A program made the translations under genes and the position numbers. Shown one piece after another: positions 50,842-62,343 of a stretch of DNA of 64,000 nucleotides (position 1 is the first letter of the stretch; every line of letters starts with the position of its first letter). The DNA is taken from contig OX337235.1 in NCBI GenBank assembly GCA_946965045.2, positions 620,001 to 684,000 on the forward strand, given 5' to 3'. Under the pieces are notes generated by a model. It searched no databases, was not told where the DNA came from, and worked only from the letters and a program-made list of their open reading frames with translations. Origin of the DNA: Epithemia pelagica (lineage: Eukaryota; Protista; Bacillariophyta).

Positions 50842-51448
50842 GGGAACGGAAAGAAGGAAAAGTCTAGGAAACGACGTATATCCGATTAGGAATACGAGTC
50901 GGTGGTAGCGAACCATTACACGATCTATATCGTAACGACTGCATTTTACTTAGTTTCCATAGGCGAGAGATTGGGAGGCAACATTACATTAAATGTTTTG
51001 CAAACGACGGTGCGACACTTGGAATTGCAAATAACGTTGGATTCGCGAGACAAGCGAGCAAGTGGTACCATTGAAAAGTACTGCGTAGATTGCCTCAGGG
51101 GGCACCAAAACCATGCGATCCAGGTTCTGCTCTTCTTGTTCTGGTCAAAAGAGAGCAACGTTACGTTGACATGGAACGTATTCTACGTACATGGATTCCT
51201 TTCGTGGTTGGTTGTGTCGATCCCTATTCATGTCACAGTTAAATTGCTGCAACAACAACAACAACTGGATGATTTCCCAAAAAGGTAGACAGCTCTCTCG
51301 TCTGCACAGGAGAAACGTGACCTCACAGGAAGGCTATACTTGCGAATGTCTCAGCACGTCGGGGCTGTCATCGTCACTGACTTGTTCTTTTCTCTTTATC
51401 GTCCCAGAAATAAAGAAGAAGAATCGGTACGTGGTGGGTATGGTCCTT

Positions 51449-51532
51449 GTTGCCTCCGACATGTTTGACCAAGAAGTGGCTGATCAGACACGTATCTTGT
51501 ACGGCGGAAGTGTTAGTCCCAAATCAATCGAT
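51449..51532 (+). pseudogene. TPI: Isolated triosephosphate isomerase fragment (28 codons)
   Basis: VASDMFDQEVADQTRILYGGSVSPKSID contains the TIM loop-7 signature RILYGGSV.P. No other TPI sequence is visible on either side. Confidence 0.65.
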
Positions 51533-51568
51533 ACAAGTGTCCTCAGTTTCTCACTCTCTCTGAGTGTG

Positions 51569-53143
51569 TTACTCGGGTTTGTGGGAAACCACGGCACCCA
51601 ATCCCAACAAGTGACGATGGCCAAACCATCGGGGAAACAATCGCAAGAATCCCAAATCACCCACCAATTCAAACACACTCAACAAGGAAATACCCATAAA
51701 GAGTCCCATGGAACCACCAATCGATCCCAACAATTGGGCAAAGGTGACCGCCTTGGTTTCGGTCAGCAAGTGATATTGAATCTTGTCAAAATTGACCGTC
51801 AAGAGAACATAATTTTCCAACAAGTACTCTCGTGTGATATTTAACCGGTCATAGTCAAAACTGGCCAACCAATTGCGGGCCAAGTTCACATCTTGCACAT
51901 TGGCCTTGTATTCATTGACAATGCAACTGGGACGACTGCAATCTTGTGCACAATGCTGCTGAACAATCGCACTGGAATTTCCAATGGCCGACGAGAGACA
52001 GGGATCGTACCGGGGACAAAACAAGAGGGATGGGTCAGTGTCATCGCCGTAATAGCGACAGTGGCATTGTTCTCGAATATAGCGCAAGATACATTCCATT
52101 CGACATCGTCCTTGGGTATACTCCGGTGCCTGTCCCTGACACCGCGCCCACGTTGCTTCTTGTTCTCGTTCAAATCGATCCAATTCAACCGTCAACAAGG
52201 TTTCCACACCAGGTTTGACGGAATACAGGGGCAAGTGGGCATCCAAAGTGGTACCGGCTTCTTGGACCCAGACAATGGCCGCGGCAAAATCGACTGTTTC
52301 GTCATAGTCATACTGATTCAAATCGAGCAACACCCGCAATCCACCATAATAGCCTGGACTCGACACATGTTCCGTCGTATCAAACGACCAACATCGACCC
52401 AAATTGCCTTGCACAAAGGTTGACTGCCACGGTTGAGAGACGGGCAATTCCACGCCATTGAACCAGGTGCGCTTGATAAAATCCTCCAAGGTAGTCGATA
52501 TTTGTTCAAATTCTTGCCCCGTTGTGGGACTCTCCAAGCCAACTTCTTGCATCCGTGAACGTGAAAAGGGACTGGCATTGCAAATGGTAACACGTGGAAA
52601 GGCCATTGATTCTGGATTAATGGTTTCGGTTCGGGTCAAAACTTCATAATCGCGATATTGTCGAATCAATTGAGTAATTTGCCATACCATAAAGCCTGAC
52701 GAAACTAGCACCAAGACAATCGAGACGGACCGTTTCCACAATTTCCACACGCTCGCATCGGTGACCAAGGGCACACCATGAATGGAGGTACCTTGTGCCC
52801 ATTCATTCACCACAACTTGGAGGGCCGCATCGGTTTCGTCAAAGCCCTCGTCGCCTGGATAAAGGGGATGCGGCGGCGAAGAAGAATAAGCCGGTTTCTG
52901 AATACAATTGCGTTCGTGCAAAGACAATCGTCGTATTTCTGAATGTACGAGCTGCTTGGGCGACGGTTCGTCCTCGCTGCTTGTTTCTGGTCGATGGAGG
53001 TTGTCATTGGAGGACCTCACCATTTTGTCGGCGTTGGAGGACGAGAACGAGGACCTACCATCTGCGTGACGGTCCGCCGCACTCGAATTCAACCTGGAGT
53101 TTGGCGACAACCCGATGGGACTCTCTTGCGGTTCCACGGTCAT
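51569..53143 (-). CDS. DEG/ENaC (ASIC-like) channel subunit, copy 3 (inverted relative to copy 2)
   Basis: Intact 524-aa ORF, closest to copy 2 (long identical peptide runs), with the same channel motifs. Confidence 0.93.
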   Translation of the reverse strand: MTVEPQESPIGLSPNSRLNSSAADRHADGRSSFSSSNADKMVRSSNDNLHRPETSSEDEPSPKQLVHSEIRRLSLHERNCIQKPAYSSSPPHPLYPGDEGFDETDAALQVVVNEWAQGTSIHGVPLVTDASVWKLWKRSVSIVLVLVSSGFMVWQITQLIRQYRDYEVLTRTETINPESMAFPRVTICNASPFSRSRMQEVGLESPTTGQEFEQISTTLEDFIKRTWFNGVELPVSQPWQSTFVQGNLGRCWSFDTTEHVSSPGYYGGLRVLLDLNQYDYDETVDFAAAIVWVQEAGTTLDAHLPLYSVKPGVETLLTVELDRFEREQEATWARCQGQAPEYTQGRCRMECILRYIREQCHCRYYGDDTDPSLLFCPRYDPCLSSAIGNSSAIVQQHCAQDCSRPSCIVNEYKANVQDVNLARNWLASFDYDRLNITREYLLENYVLLTVNFDKIQYHLLTETKAVTFAQLLGSIGGSMGLFMGISLLSVFELVGDLGFLRLFPRWFGHRHLLGLGAVVSHKPE

Positions 53144-53859
53144 GGTTGCTTTTTTTCTATTGGAACGTTTCGTCTCTGTGTGTTATTTTTTTGAGCAAAG
53201 ACACAAGCAAGTTCCGACGAAGAACAGATGGAAATGGAAGACAGTTCTGTTGTTGAACGTTGAAAGACACGCGATAGAGCGTTCAGCGGCTATCGTGTCG
53301 TTAACACGCGCGCACTCGCACCCCAAGCCCAACGTCATATTCCCGACTCACAAGTCGGTGGAGAACAAATAATAATGATGGGTGTAAAAGTGTGGGTGTA
53401 GATCACGATGCCTCTTGCCTTACTTGGAATATGCCATGACAACCATGGGCTTCGGTGTACTTCTCCTGTGGGAAAAACCAAGTTTGTCCAGGATACATTC
53501 TTGTACCGTTCACGTCGGGTTCATATTGTCTTCTCTTTCCTCTCGAATGCCAAGGGTGATGACCAGGGAACTATTTCCTGGCAAGATAAATTCATTGCAA
53601 GCCCTATATTAGCCATAAGATATGGTTTCGGAAGAGTTGAACACGGTGCTTTGTCAGATGCTTTATTTAAGCGCAAATCTACCTTAAGATGTGGAATCAA
53701 GAAAATGTATCGCATTTTTTGTTGATCTCCTCCACATACTTGATAACTCTCCTGTTAAGCTCATTCATGTCGTAAGCCTTGACCTCGTTCGCTTCCGAGT
53801 TTTCTCCGCCTGTAGTCCACATGAGATTAGTCTTGCAAACGTTGTCGATGACATGCTCT

Positions 53860-54987
53860 TCAATCAAGTAACGCAGTGAAATACTGCACGAGTCCACGAC
53901 GCTTGCAAATCAGAATGCCAGAGCCCACAGACGTGTGCGATTCTGCGCAGCTGTCTGCCAAAGTCACTTCATCAGCTACTTTCATCCTTTTGTTCGATTC
54001 CGCCCTTTCTCCTTGTTGCATCTGGTGGGTTCTCAAGGTGTCCGCAGTAAGGGCTGAATTCAGAGAGTCTGTGTGAATTGCGATTGCCTTGCCCCTGTAG
54101 ACATATGGTCCTCCACAGGAACCGTCAAAGCCTCCATTTTGGAAGTCAATGTAATTCTTTTTCACCAAACCAACAGATCCCTGCTTGGGGGTGGCATGGA
54201 GTCTATCAGTGAATAGCGTGTCATCTCGAAACAATGCAACTGGAACATGATAAAATGTCATTGGCTCGCTAGCACCATCTCTTGGGATATCCGCTACTGA
54301 AGTGGCAACAGGTATCGTCTGCGGAAAGACACCACCATCACTCCTCTCGAGCACAGCCCAGTCATTCTCAAAGTGAAACTTTTTGACCCTGACAGGTATC
54401 TCCACTTTGCCTTCTTCCGGTGAAATGACACCATTGTTGCGAACAAGGACCGTTGTGAGAAAGAGTGGTTCGTCAATGAGTTGTATTTTGCCACTGGTCT
54501 CGTCCTTGCTCGAGATGACATGTCCGGCGGTGAGTACAGCCGTCTTTGTCGCCGCAAAAGCCGTGGCGATCACCACAATTTCATGTTCATGTGGTTTGGA
54601 ATACAAAATGTAAATGCTGTCATGGAAAGGATAGCCTGGGTCACCGGACGGCTGTTTCTTTGGAGCGGGTGCCACCACGATCAAGGGGTGATGGTCGGAT
54701 GTGGGAGAAAATGTATCCTTCAACTCATCCACTATCTCTTTCAATTTCCTGCCTGGGTTATACTTTTTCTTGTCACGAAAAGATTTCGAGAAGGGTCGTT
54801 CGGTATCTGGGGGGTACACCACAAGAGCTGCGGAATCACAGTGGTTGAGATCGACTGGTCTCTCGCTTTTGCTGGCCTTCGCCAAGTCGGCAACGTCATC
54901 AGGTGCTGGACTTATTTTTATAGGGTTGCCCTCCGGCTCATCCTTTCCCTTGTAGTAGAGCTGAACCCAAACAGATGAAGAAGACAT
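53860..54987 (-). CDS. Crinkler-like header + trypsin-fold peptidase, copy A
   Basis: N-terminal VWVQLYY...DVADL.KA header, then VLTAGH, DWAVL and GFDGSCGGPY. Confidence 0.75.
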   Translation of the reverse strand: MSSSSVWVQLYYKGKDEPEGNPIKISPAPDDVADLAKASKSERPVDLNHCDSAALVVYPPDTERPFSKSFRDKKKYNPGRKLKEIVDELKDTFSPTSDHHPLIVVAPAPKKQPSGDPGYPFHDSIYILYSKPHEHEIVVIATAFAATKTAVLTAGHVISSKDETSGKIQLIDEPLFLTTVLVRNNGVISPEEGKVEIPVRVKKFHFENDWAVLERSDGGVFPQTIPVATSVADIPRDGASEPMTFYHVPVALFRDDTLFTDRLHATPKQGSVGLVKKNYIDFQNGGFDGSCGGPYVYRGKAIAIHTDSLNSALTADTLRTHQMQQGERAESNKRMKVADEVTLADSCAESHTSVGSGILICKRRGLVQYFTALLD

Positions 54988-55404
54988 GATGATATTTTGC
55001 TGTTGCCGTTGTTGACGTATCGTGTATCGTCGTCTTCGTTGTTGCTATTGTTGTTGCAACATTGAAAGCGACTGCTGCGGCTGTTGTTCTTGTTGTTGCC
55101 GCTGCGGAGTGTCTTTTTATTGGTGTTGCTGTTGGATGCTCAGTCGGTCGTCGTTGTTGCTCTGCGGTTATCTTGGAGAGACAATGACAAATGATCCACA
55201 CCCCCAGCGGGGTGAATTATAGAGTGTAATTTCTGTGTACTCCCTAGCGGAAGGGTGAGTCCTGGTCGTGAATGAGGGTTTGTGCATTCTGATACTCACC
55301 CCCAAGGCGCCATCGCGCTCACTCTCGACTTTGACACAAACCCAAAATTTCACGTCACACATTCACTGCATCCACCACGGTGGGTGGAGGTGCAACAACC
55401 TACC

Positions 55405-56406
55405 ATGTCGTCCAACAAGTCTTCTTCGTCCCACAAGCGACGCCGTCGGTCTCAGCACGATGTTAGAGAGGCCTACGGTGCTCCCGCCACCAAGGAAACG
55501 TCGATACCAAGCAGTGTTGGAGGCACTACTAACGGCAACCCATCTATCGCCGAAATTGAACCAGGAGCATCTTCCATCTCCCAACCACCCCTTGATCCTC
55601 CTTCGAACGATCCTCGCGATGATGATGCCAGTAATTATTTGCAGTATCCCGACGTTCCTGATCCAATGGATTCAAGTGACGAGGAGGACGAGGAGAAAGA
55701 CGAATACCAAACTCCGAACAACAGAGCGTTTCCCACTATTGCTCAACAACAAGACAACATCAACAATAGCTCCGAGCCGTCCACCTTTCTTGCCAGTGTG
55801 GCGGCCAGTGACTTGTCCACCAGCCTTCCCTCAACCTCCGATCGCAGTAGCAAGCCTCCTCCCCCGCCTCCTCCCCAAAACACTTCATTCTCGGCTGCCT
55901 TTCCCTTAGCGAATGTGGCTTCTCCGTCCAATCACCTCCCAGCAACATCCAGGCCTCCTTCCAATACGACGACCTTGCCACCCTCCTCGACCAATACGAG
56001 GGTTTCGTCTTTAAATTTCAATGTTTGGCACCGGCAGTACTCTTTGGGCTCGCTGCAATATGGAACACAATCATCTCCACAAAAATCCCTCAATCTCCTC
56101 CCTGCCATTGAAGGACAAGCCAACGCCACAACGTCCGTAGCCAATCCAACCACCAACCCGCCCTCCCGTTCCCCCAGCGCCTCCGTCCCTACCATGGTAC
56201 CTACACAACCTTCTGTCCCGGAGGATACCACCCAAGACCCTGTTGCGGCCGCTCCTCTTGGTCTTACTCGCGCTGTTGGAACTCACAAGCCTCCTCCTCT
56301 GAACCTAAAGACCCTACTACCAGACGTTGGTCCCGGTTCGTTCTTGATCAAACTCCGTCGTCTTGATCCCTTCTATTGCAAAAACCCAGGTCCCTCGTCG
56401 TTGTAG
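55405..56406 (+). CDS. Hypothetical Ser/Pro/Thr-rich disordered protein (possibly a fragment)
   Basis: Open frame from ATG 55405 (MSSNKSSSSHKRRRRS, NLS-like) with an acidic patch. No recognisable domain. Confidence 0.4.
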   Translation: MSSNKSSSSHKRRRRSQHDVREAYGAPATKETSIPSSVGGTTNGNPSIAEIEPGASSISQPPLDPPSNDPRDDDASNYLQYPDVPDPMDSSDEEDEEKDEYQTPNNRAFPTIAQQQDNINNSSEPSTFLASVAASDLSTSLPSTSDRSSKPPPPPPPQNTSFSAAFPLANVASPSNHLPATSRPPSNTTTLPPSSTNTRVSSLNFNVWHRQYSLGSLQYGTQSSPQKSLNLLPAIEGQANATTSVANPTTNPPSRSPSASVPTMVPTQPSVPEDTTQDPVAAAPLGLTRAVGTHKPPPLNLKTLLPDVGPGSFLIKLRRLDPFYCKNPGPSSL

Positions 56407-57916
56407 ATATTCATGAACTTGCCTTTCAGTAGGAAAGAAAAAGGAAAAGGCAATGGCAAAGCTATAGTATAATCATTTTGTTCTCAAACACTTGTCTTTT
56501 TCTCTGGTGAATCCTTGTAGTAGAAATAAGGCAAAGACAAAAAAAACAATGGATTATCCAGAGGTTTGCAATGTATTGTTTGCTAGATTACAAACGTCTA
56601 TAAGAGGCACAAACGAATCACTGCGCCTGTAGGACGGCACTCGTTGTATTCTCTTATAGAGCGACGGATATCACCTAATTCTCTTTCTTATCCCAAATCT
56701 CACCGTCCTCAAACTCTACCGTATACAACCGTGTGCCAGCACTGTAGAAGGTGCCTCGGGATTTATCATGTCTCCGTCTAAAATCGATTGCAATTGCACG
56801 ACAAGTTTCATAATCCCCTACGACATGTGGAAGTTGTCGTGCTCCTCCTCTATGACATCATCAACACATCAGCATGTACTTGAACGGTGGCTCCTACTAG
56901 AGACGGTGGATCAAAGCGAGTCACCATCTCCACTTCATGTTCATTAAATTCTTGTTTCAAATCGAGACGTTACCATCCATCGGTATAGGCATCGGCAATG
57001 ACACACATGTGCCAATACTGACGTTCGCGAACTTGAGCAGTTAAACCGGATACCAGCCAGGCGTTTCTCGAAGGTTCTTGGATAGGTGTGGGCCAAGGAT
57101 TGGGCATGCGACCAAAAATGGATATCGGGGACGGTGCCACAGCATGACGAGGCTCAACAGAGATCCCTTGCATGGGTGCCAACTTCGCTTTCCCACCATA
57201 AAAGTTTCTTTCTGGAACGCATGCGGTTCGTGAATCGTCTCCAAAGCAGAACTATCTGCCGTTGTTTGAAGGCGACTCGACATCAATTTGGAGGACGACG
57301 CAAGAGTGCCTGGCTCCGAAACGAGATATTGAATCGAGACATGGTCGGCTGTTTCCATGGCTATCGTCAAGAGCCGTTCTGACATGACGATAGGCCAACG
57401 CTGTGGCTCGGTATACACCAAACCACCATTCCGACAATACGGGTTCTATTGTTTCTTGAAGCAACCAATACAAGACAGGATATACGGCTTGACTCAATAA
57501 CCGATGTGACACCAATTGCAAGGCTTGTGAATGACTCATGAGAAACAATTGTCCATCTTGTCCTTGCTGCAAAAACCGTGCGGCCTCCCCTGTTTCTTGT
57601 CCATGTCTTAGTGTCTGGTATATCCAGTTTGCCACCGCGTCGCATGACATCCATATCATGGCAGACGGATTCCGCTCGTCACGGTCGCTTTTGGTGCTGA
57701 CAAAGGCTTGAATGTGTTGATTCAAGTTGCGATCGCCCCAATGGCCCTTGTGACAATGCCCAAGTATATCGCTCCACCCAATCGATATTCTACCAAAACA
57801 TCGGAGTGAGTAGGAAAGGTCGATCATCCCTCCCTCACAAGATCGGCAAAGTTATCTTCATGACTCAAGACGGAGGCAACGGAGGCAAACGAGAAGCAAT
57901 GGATTGATTCATTGAT

Positions 57917-59047
57917 CTATTTTTCTTGCAACAAGTACGCAGTGACATACTGCACAAGTCCACGACGCTTGTAAATCAGAATGCCAGATCCCACAGATGT
58001 ATGCGATTCTGCACAGCTGTCTGCCAAAGTCACTTCATCAGCTACTTTCATCCTTTTGTTCGATTCCGTTCTGTCACCTTGTTGCATCCGGTGGATTCTC
58101 AAGCTCTCTACAGTAAGGGCTGAATTCAAAGAGTCTGTGTGAATTGCGATTGCCTTGCCCCTGTAGACATATGGTCCTCCACAGGAACCGTCAAAGCCTC
58201 CATTTTGGAAGTCAATGTAATTCTTTTTCACCAAACCAACAGATCCCTGCTTGGGGGTGGCATGGAGTCTATCAGTGAATAGCGTGTCATCTCGAAACAA
58301 TGCAACTGGAACATGATAAAATGTCATTGGCTCGCAAGCACCATTTCTTGGGATATCCGCTACTGAAGTGGCAACAGGTATCGTCTGCGGAAAGACACCA
58401 CCATCACTCCGCTCGAGCACAGCCCAGTCATTCTCAAAGTGAAACTTTTTGACCCTGACAGGTATCTCCACTTTGCCTTCTTCCGGTGAAATGACACCAT
58501 TGTTGCGAACAAGGACCGTTGTGAGAAAGAGTGGTTCGTCAATGAGTTGTATTTTGCCACTGGTCTCGTCCTTGCTCGAGATGACATGTCCGGCGGTGAG
58601 TACAGCCGTCTTTGTCGCCGCAAAAGCCGTGGCGATCACCACAATTTCATGTTCATGTGGTTTGGAATACAAAATGTAAATGCTGTCATGGAAAGGATAG
58701 CCTGGGTCACCGGACGGCTGTTTCTTTGGAGCGGGTGCCACCACGATCAAGGGGTGATGGTCGGATGTGGGAGAAAATGTATCCTTCAACTCATCCACTA
58801 TCTCTTTCAATTTCCTGCCTGGGTTATACTTTTTCTTGTCACGAAAAGATTTCGAGAAGGGTCGTTCGGTATCTGGGGGGTACACCACAAGAGCTGCGGA
58901 ATCACAGTGGTTGAGATCGACTGGTCTCTCGCTTTTGATGGCCTTCGCCAAGTCGGCAACGTCATCAGGTGCTGGATTTATTTTTATAGGGTTGCCCTCC
59001 GGTCCATCATTTCCCTTGTAGTAGAGCTGAACCCAAACAGTGGACAT
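57917..59047 (-). CDS. Crinkler-like header + trypsin-fold peptidase, copy B
   Basis: Direct duplicate of copy A with the same catalytic motifs. Start at ATG 59047 (MSTVWVQLYY). Confidence 0.75.
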   Translation of the reverse strand: MSTVWVQLYYKGNDGPEGNPIKINPAPDDVADLAKAIKSERPVDLNHCDSAALVVYPPDTERPFSKSFRDKKKYNPGRKLKEIVDELKDTFSPTSDHHPLIVVAPAPKKQPSGDPGYPFHDSIYILYSKPHEHEIVVIATAFAATKTAVLTAGHVISSKDETSGKIQLIDEPLFLTTVLVRNNGVISPEEGKVEIPVRVKKFHFENDWAVLERSDGGVFPQTIPVATSVADIPRNGACEPMTFYHVPVALFRDDTLFTDRLHATPKQGSVGLVKKNYIDFQNGGFDGSCGGPYVYRGKAIAIHTDSLNSALTVESLRIHRMQQGDRTESNKRMKVADEVTLADSCAESHTSVGSGILIYKRRGLVQYVTAYLLQEK

Positions 59048-59603
59048 GATGTTGTGTGGTTTCGTTTTTGCGTTGTGTACCAGCCTTACCAAGAGGTGTA
59101 GTCCAGATTTCGTTCATGTGCGACCGCTTTTACGCTAAATCTTTCTTTCACATCTTCCGAAAGAACGAGTCCATGGACATCTTGGCTAGCTAACGTAGGC
59201 AGCTTCATCTCATCCATTTTATATTATATCTCTAGAGAGAGAAAAGAAGAGGAGGGATATGCAAAGATCTACTTTAAAAAACAGTGGGAAATCTCTTTCA
59301 AACCAAGAACCAGGTGGGCCAGTGCAGTGCGCTTCGTTTGCTGGCATTCTTCTGCAGCTGGTTCCTCCATGGCACCATGTTTGAAAGAATGTGAAAAGGT
59401 CTTGAATTAAAAACAACAGAAATTTCACTTGAGGCAGTGTCGCCTCAAGTCATTTGGTTCTCATCCAATGGTGGAATCCATCAAACGAGAACAGGTGGGT
59501 ATCTATCCAACAGAAGTAATGTAGTAGTAAAAGTACACAGAGAGTCGCACCGTCGTGGGCGCCATTTTCCGGGGCTGCCCTTCTGGTGGTGACTCGTTTC
59601 GTA

Positions 59604-60170
59604 TTAGTGTGATCGTTGCGATACAATGGCCATGTGATCTTCATCGTGAGAGACGACCGTGGCAAGGCCTTGTGTCTGATCTGGATGTCCTGGTCGACCC
59701 ACCGTACTGGTTCCAATATGAGACGTTCCTCGCGATGACAAGGATGACTGTCGGTAGGGCAAGGGACTGAGTGCCAAGGCATCATCGTCATCTCCATGAT
59801 GATGATCGTCTTCGTCTTCTCGTTCCGTCAAACTGGTCAAGACACTTTCTTCATCAAACAAGAATTGTTTGTACAATTCCACATCCAGGCCGGCCACCGC
59901 CGCCGCTCGGGCCGGTGCGGCCAAGACACCCGCCGCACCGACGGAGGATACGACACTCACCATGCGATTCATGGTCGTGGAGCAATCTTCTTGTCGAATC
60001 TCATATTCCACTTGTTCGTCCACATACAAACTGCACATGCGAACACAGGTTGTATTGGAAATGAGCTTGGTAAACTTGTTGCCAGGCCGATGAATCCAAT
60101 CGGAACCTTGAGATGTAACAATGGTAGAAGCGTCGGATCGTTTCGAAGCAGGCATGGTGACGAGTGTCAA
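59604..60170 (-). CDS. Hypothetical protein
   Basis: 188-codon ORF with protein-like composition and an acidic/His patch. No family recognised. Confidence 0.25.
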   Translation of the reverse strand: MTLVTMPASKRSDASTIVTSQGSDWIHRPGNKFTKLISNTTCVRMCSLYVDEQVEYEIRQEDCSTTMNRMVSVVSSVGAAGVLAAPARAAAVAGLDVELYKQFLFDEESVLTSLTEREDEDDHHHGDDDDALALSPLPYRQSSLSSRGTSHIGTSTVGRPGHPDQTQGLATVVSHDEDHMAIVSQRSH

Positions 60171-62343
60171 GATGGATCGATTTGGAATGACAAGCTGGAT
60201 AGATGAATGACTGATGGCTTGATGTCAAGATTGGGTTGGTCAAGATGGCGCTTTACAATGGGTCTTTGGACTTTGCAATGTAAGAACAAGTCGTGATGAT
60301 CAATGAAGCGTATGTATTCTTTTGGTTCTCTTTTGTTTTTGTTTGTTTGTTGATTGATGGTGCACCCTTTGATCGGAATGCCTCTCTCTTCTCCGTACCT
60401 CTTCCTCTGCTGTGGAGTAGGACCACACAAACTGTATCTCCAAAAATGACTGTTCCGTTCTAGCGAGAGCGACTGCCGCGCCAAGACCAAATCGTGTAGC
60501 GGTTTTTTGCCATCACGACTGGCTTTCTTTGTACTTCCCAACGAGAATTCGTTGAAATATACTTAGAGAATGGCCGGCGTACCAATGTCTACTTAGGTTG
60601 ATAACTTCCGAATGGCGCGTGTTCGTCCAGCTTCTGTTTCTCAGACCCGCGTGCGGTACCGAATCCCCCCGCACGAGTCGAATCGGTCCTTGCAAGAAGG
60701 AACAGAAGGAGAAGAAGGCGGCCCGCCCGACGAAAATCGTAACGTCTCCGTGTCGGTCCCAACGAGATCAACGGCCTTTCAGTACGGGACTCACATAAAC
60801 TGGGTCTTGTGTTCAGGAGTTGCAACGGACACGATCCTTGCGGTTGGACAAATTTGTGGAGCAGCCCTCCTCTAGGTACGAAACAAGGTACGAGTCGTTC
60901 GACGGGGTCGATCGTCTAAGTAAGTGGCAGAATTCTTTTATGCTTCCGCGGGGTTCAGGCCTCTCACATTTTGCTTCTTTCAGTAGTCTCCACTTTTTGT
61001 GCCACCCCGGTTTTCTCTATGCTATAGCAAAAGGAGGTCATTTTCCTTTTCGTCCTGCGCATGACCATGATGGGAGCTGTAAAAGTAGGTTACGTAGGTT
61101 AGATGATAGGAGTAGGTTGGTTACGTTGTTACTATGATATTCTCTGCCTGAGATTTTTCCAATGCGCGATCGACCTGGATTCGGCGTAATGGAGTGCCTA
61201 CTCCATCGGGCTGCTAGGATTTTGAATCTCCTGGTGGCGACCCGTCAAAGATCCATGGCTGCGTTCTTCTGTTGTGCCGAAATCACAGAGCCATTTTGCT
61301 ACTTGTCGACGAGTTTATGATTTAATACGATGACGAACCACATTGGAGATTTCCCTACTCCAAACTCCATCCCCTTTGGCCTCTACATAGAGGTGGTGGC
61401 TTGTTTGGCTTGTTTTTCTTGTTGCCACTTCTTGTGTTGTTTTCCTTACTAGCGAGTAAAGAAAAGGACTCTTGTTGCACAATTGTGTGTCTACGGTGTT
61501 AGGTTCTACGTCTCCATCCCCAACTGTCGTCGATGCGTTGAATCGTTGGTGGAGACGTTGTGTCACCAATTTGGGCGACGAGATTTGTTATGGACGGGCC
61601 TGCCACCGTTCGTGGGATATCGCTGACTCTAAGTATCCTCTGATTCACTTAGGGCCATGGACCGTTATTACAATGGTCATGGGATCCCGTCCATAAGAAA
61701 GACAATCGTTACATAGGCATCGTCGCCTGGATCCATCGTTCGTCGTTTTGCATTTTGTGAAAGGCGGTTCGATGATGCGTTGGGCCTAATGGAGTCATGA
61801 GGTTTGCGTCTGCGGTCCCCCAAGGTCCCCATCGGTTACATATGCCCGCATGTACAATATTCGAACATTCTTGGAGATGGATCCAGAAATAATAATGAAA
61901 CCCGTTCATCATATCATAGAGAATAGAGACCTTCGCGCCGGCCTCCGAGTAAACAAAGGCGACGCCGCTCATATTCTAGTAGCTCTAATAGTATGATAGA
62001 GGGCAAAACTCATGCCACCTTTCATATCTTTCCTCTCGGAGAAATGATTATGGGTCGCACAACATAACTACTATTCATCGTCTGGATGACGTTTCAATTT
62101 TGTCATATTTTAGGTGAAATGAGGTACGGAGCACTTGGTTGTAAGTTTGTGACCTTAAGAATGGAACGTTTTCCAGACTTTCCCCCTTGACACTGATACA
62201 CATCCGAATCCGACATGGCCAAGATGACCATGTCGCATTTCACGTTAGCATCATAGTCCCTATCTATGGATTGCAAACGTTAAAGATAGTGTTATTTCGA
62301 GACAGAGGCGACATCACAACAACGACCGCGAGCGGCAACAATC

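Noticed and set aside
56970-57830. Decayed gene between the Crinkler-like copies
   Set aside because: Several overlapping short ORFs with no recognisable domain or consistent frame.
59280-59410. hAT transposase remnant (PRTRWAS peptide)
   Set aside because: A single short motif in a roughly 45-codon frame with no supporting motifs or TIRs.
61078-61340. Possible solo or fragmentary LTR (TGTAAAAGTAGG..., faint resemblance to the Copia-1 LTR)
   Set aside because: No second copy, defined end or TSD could be identified.
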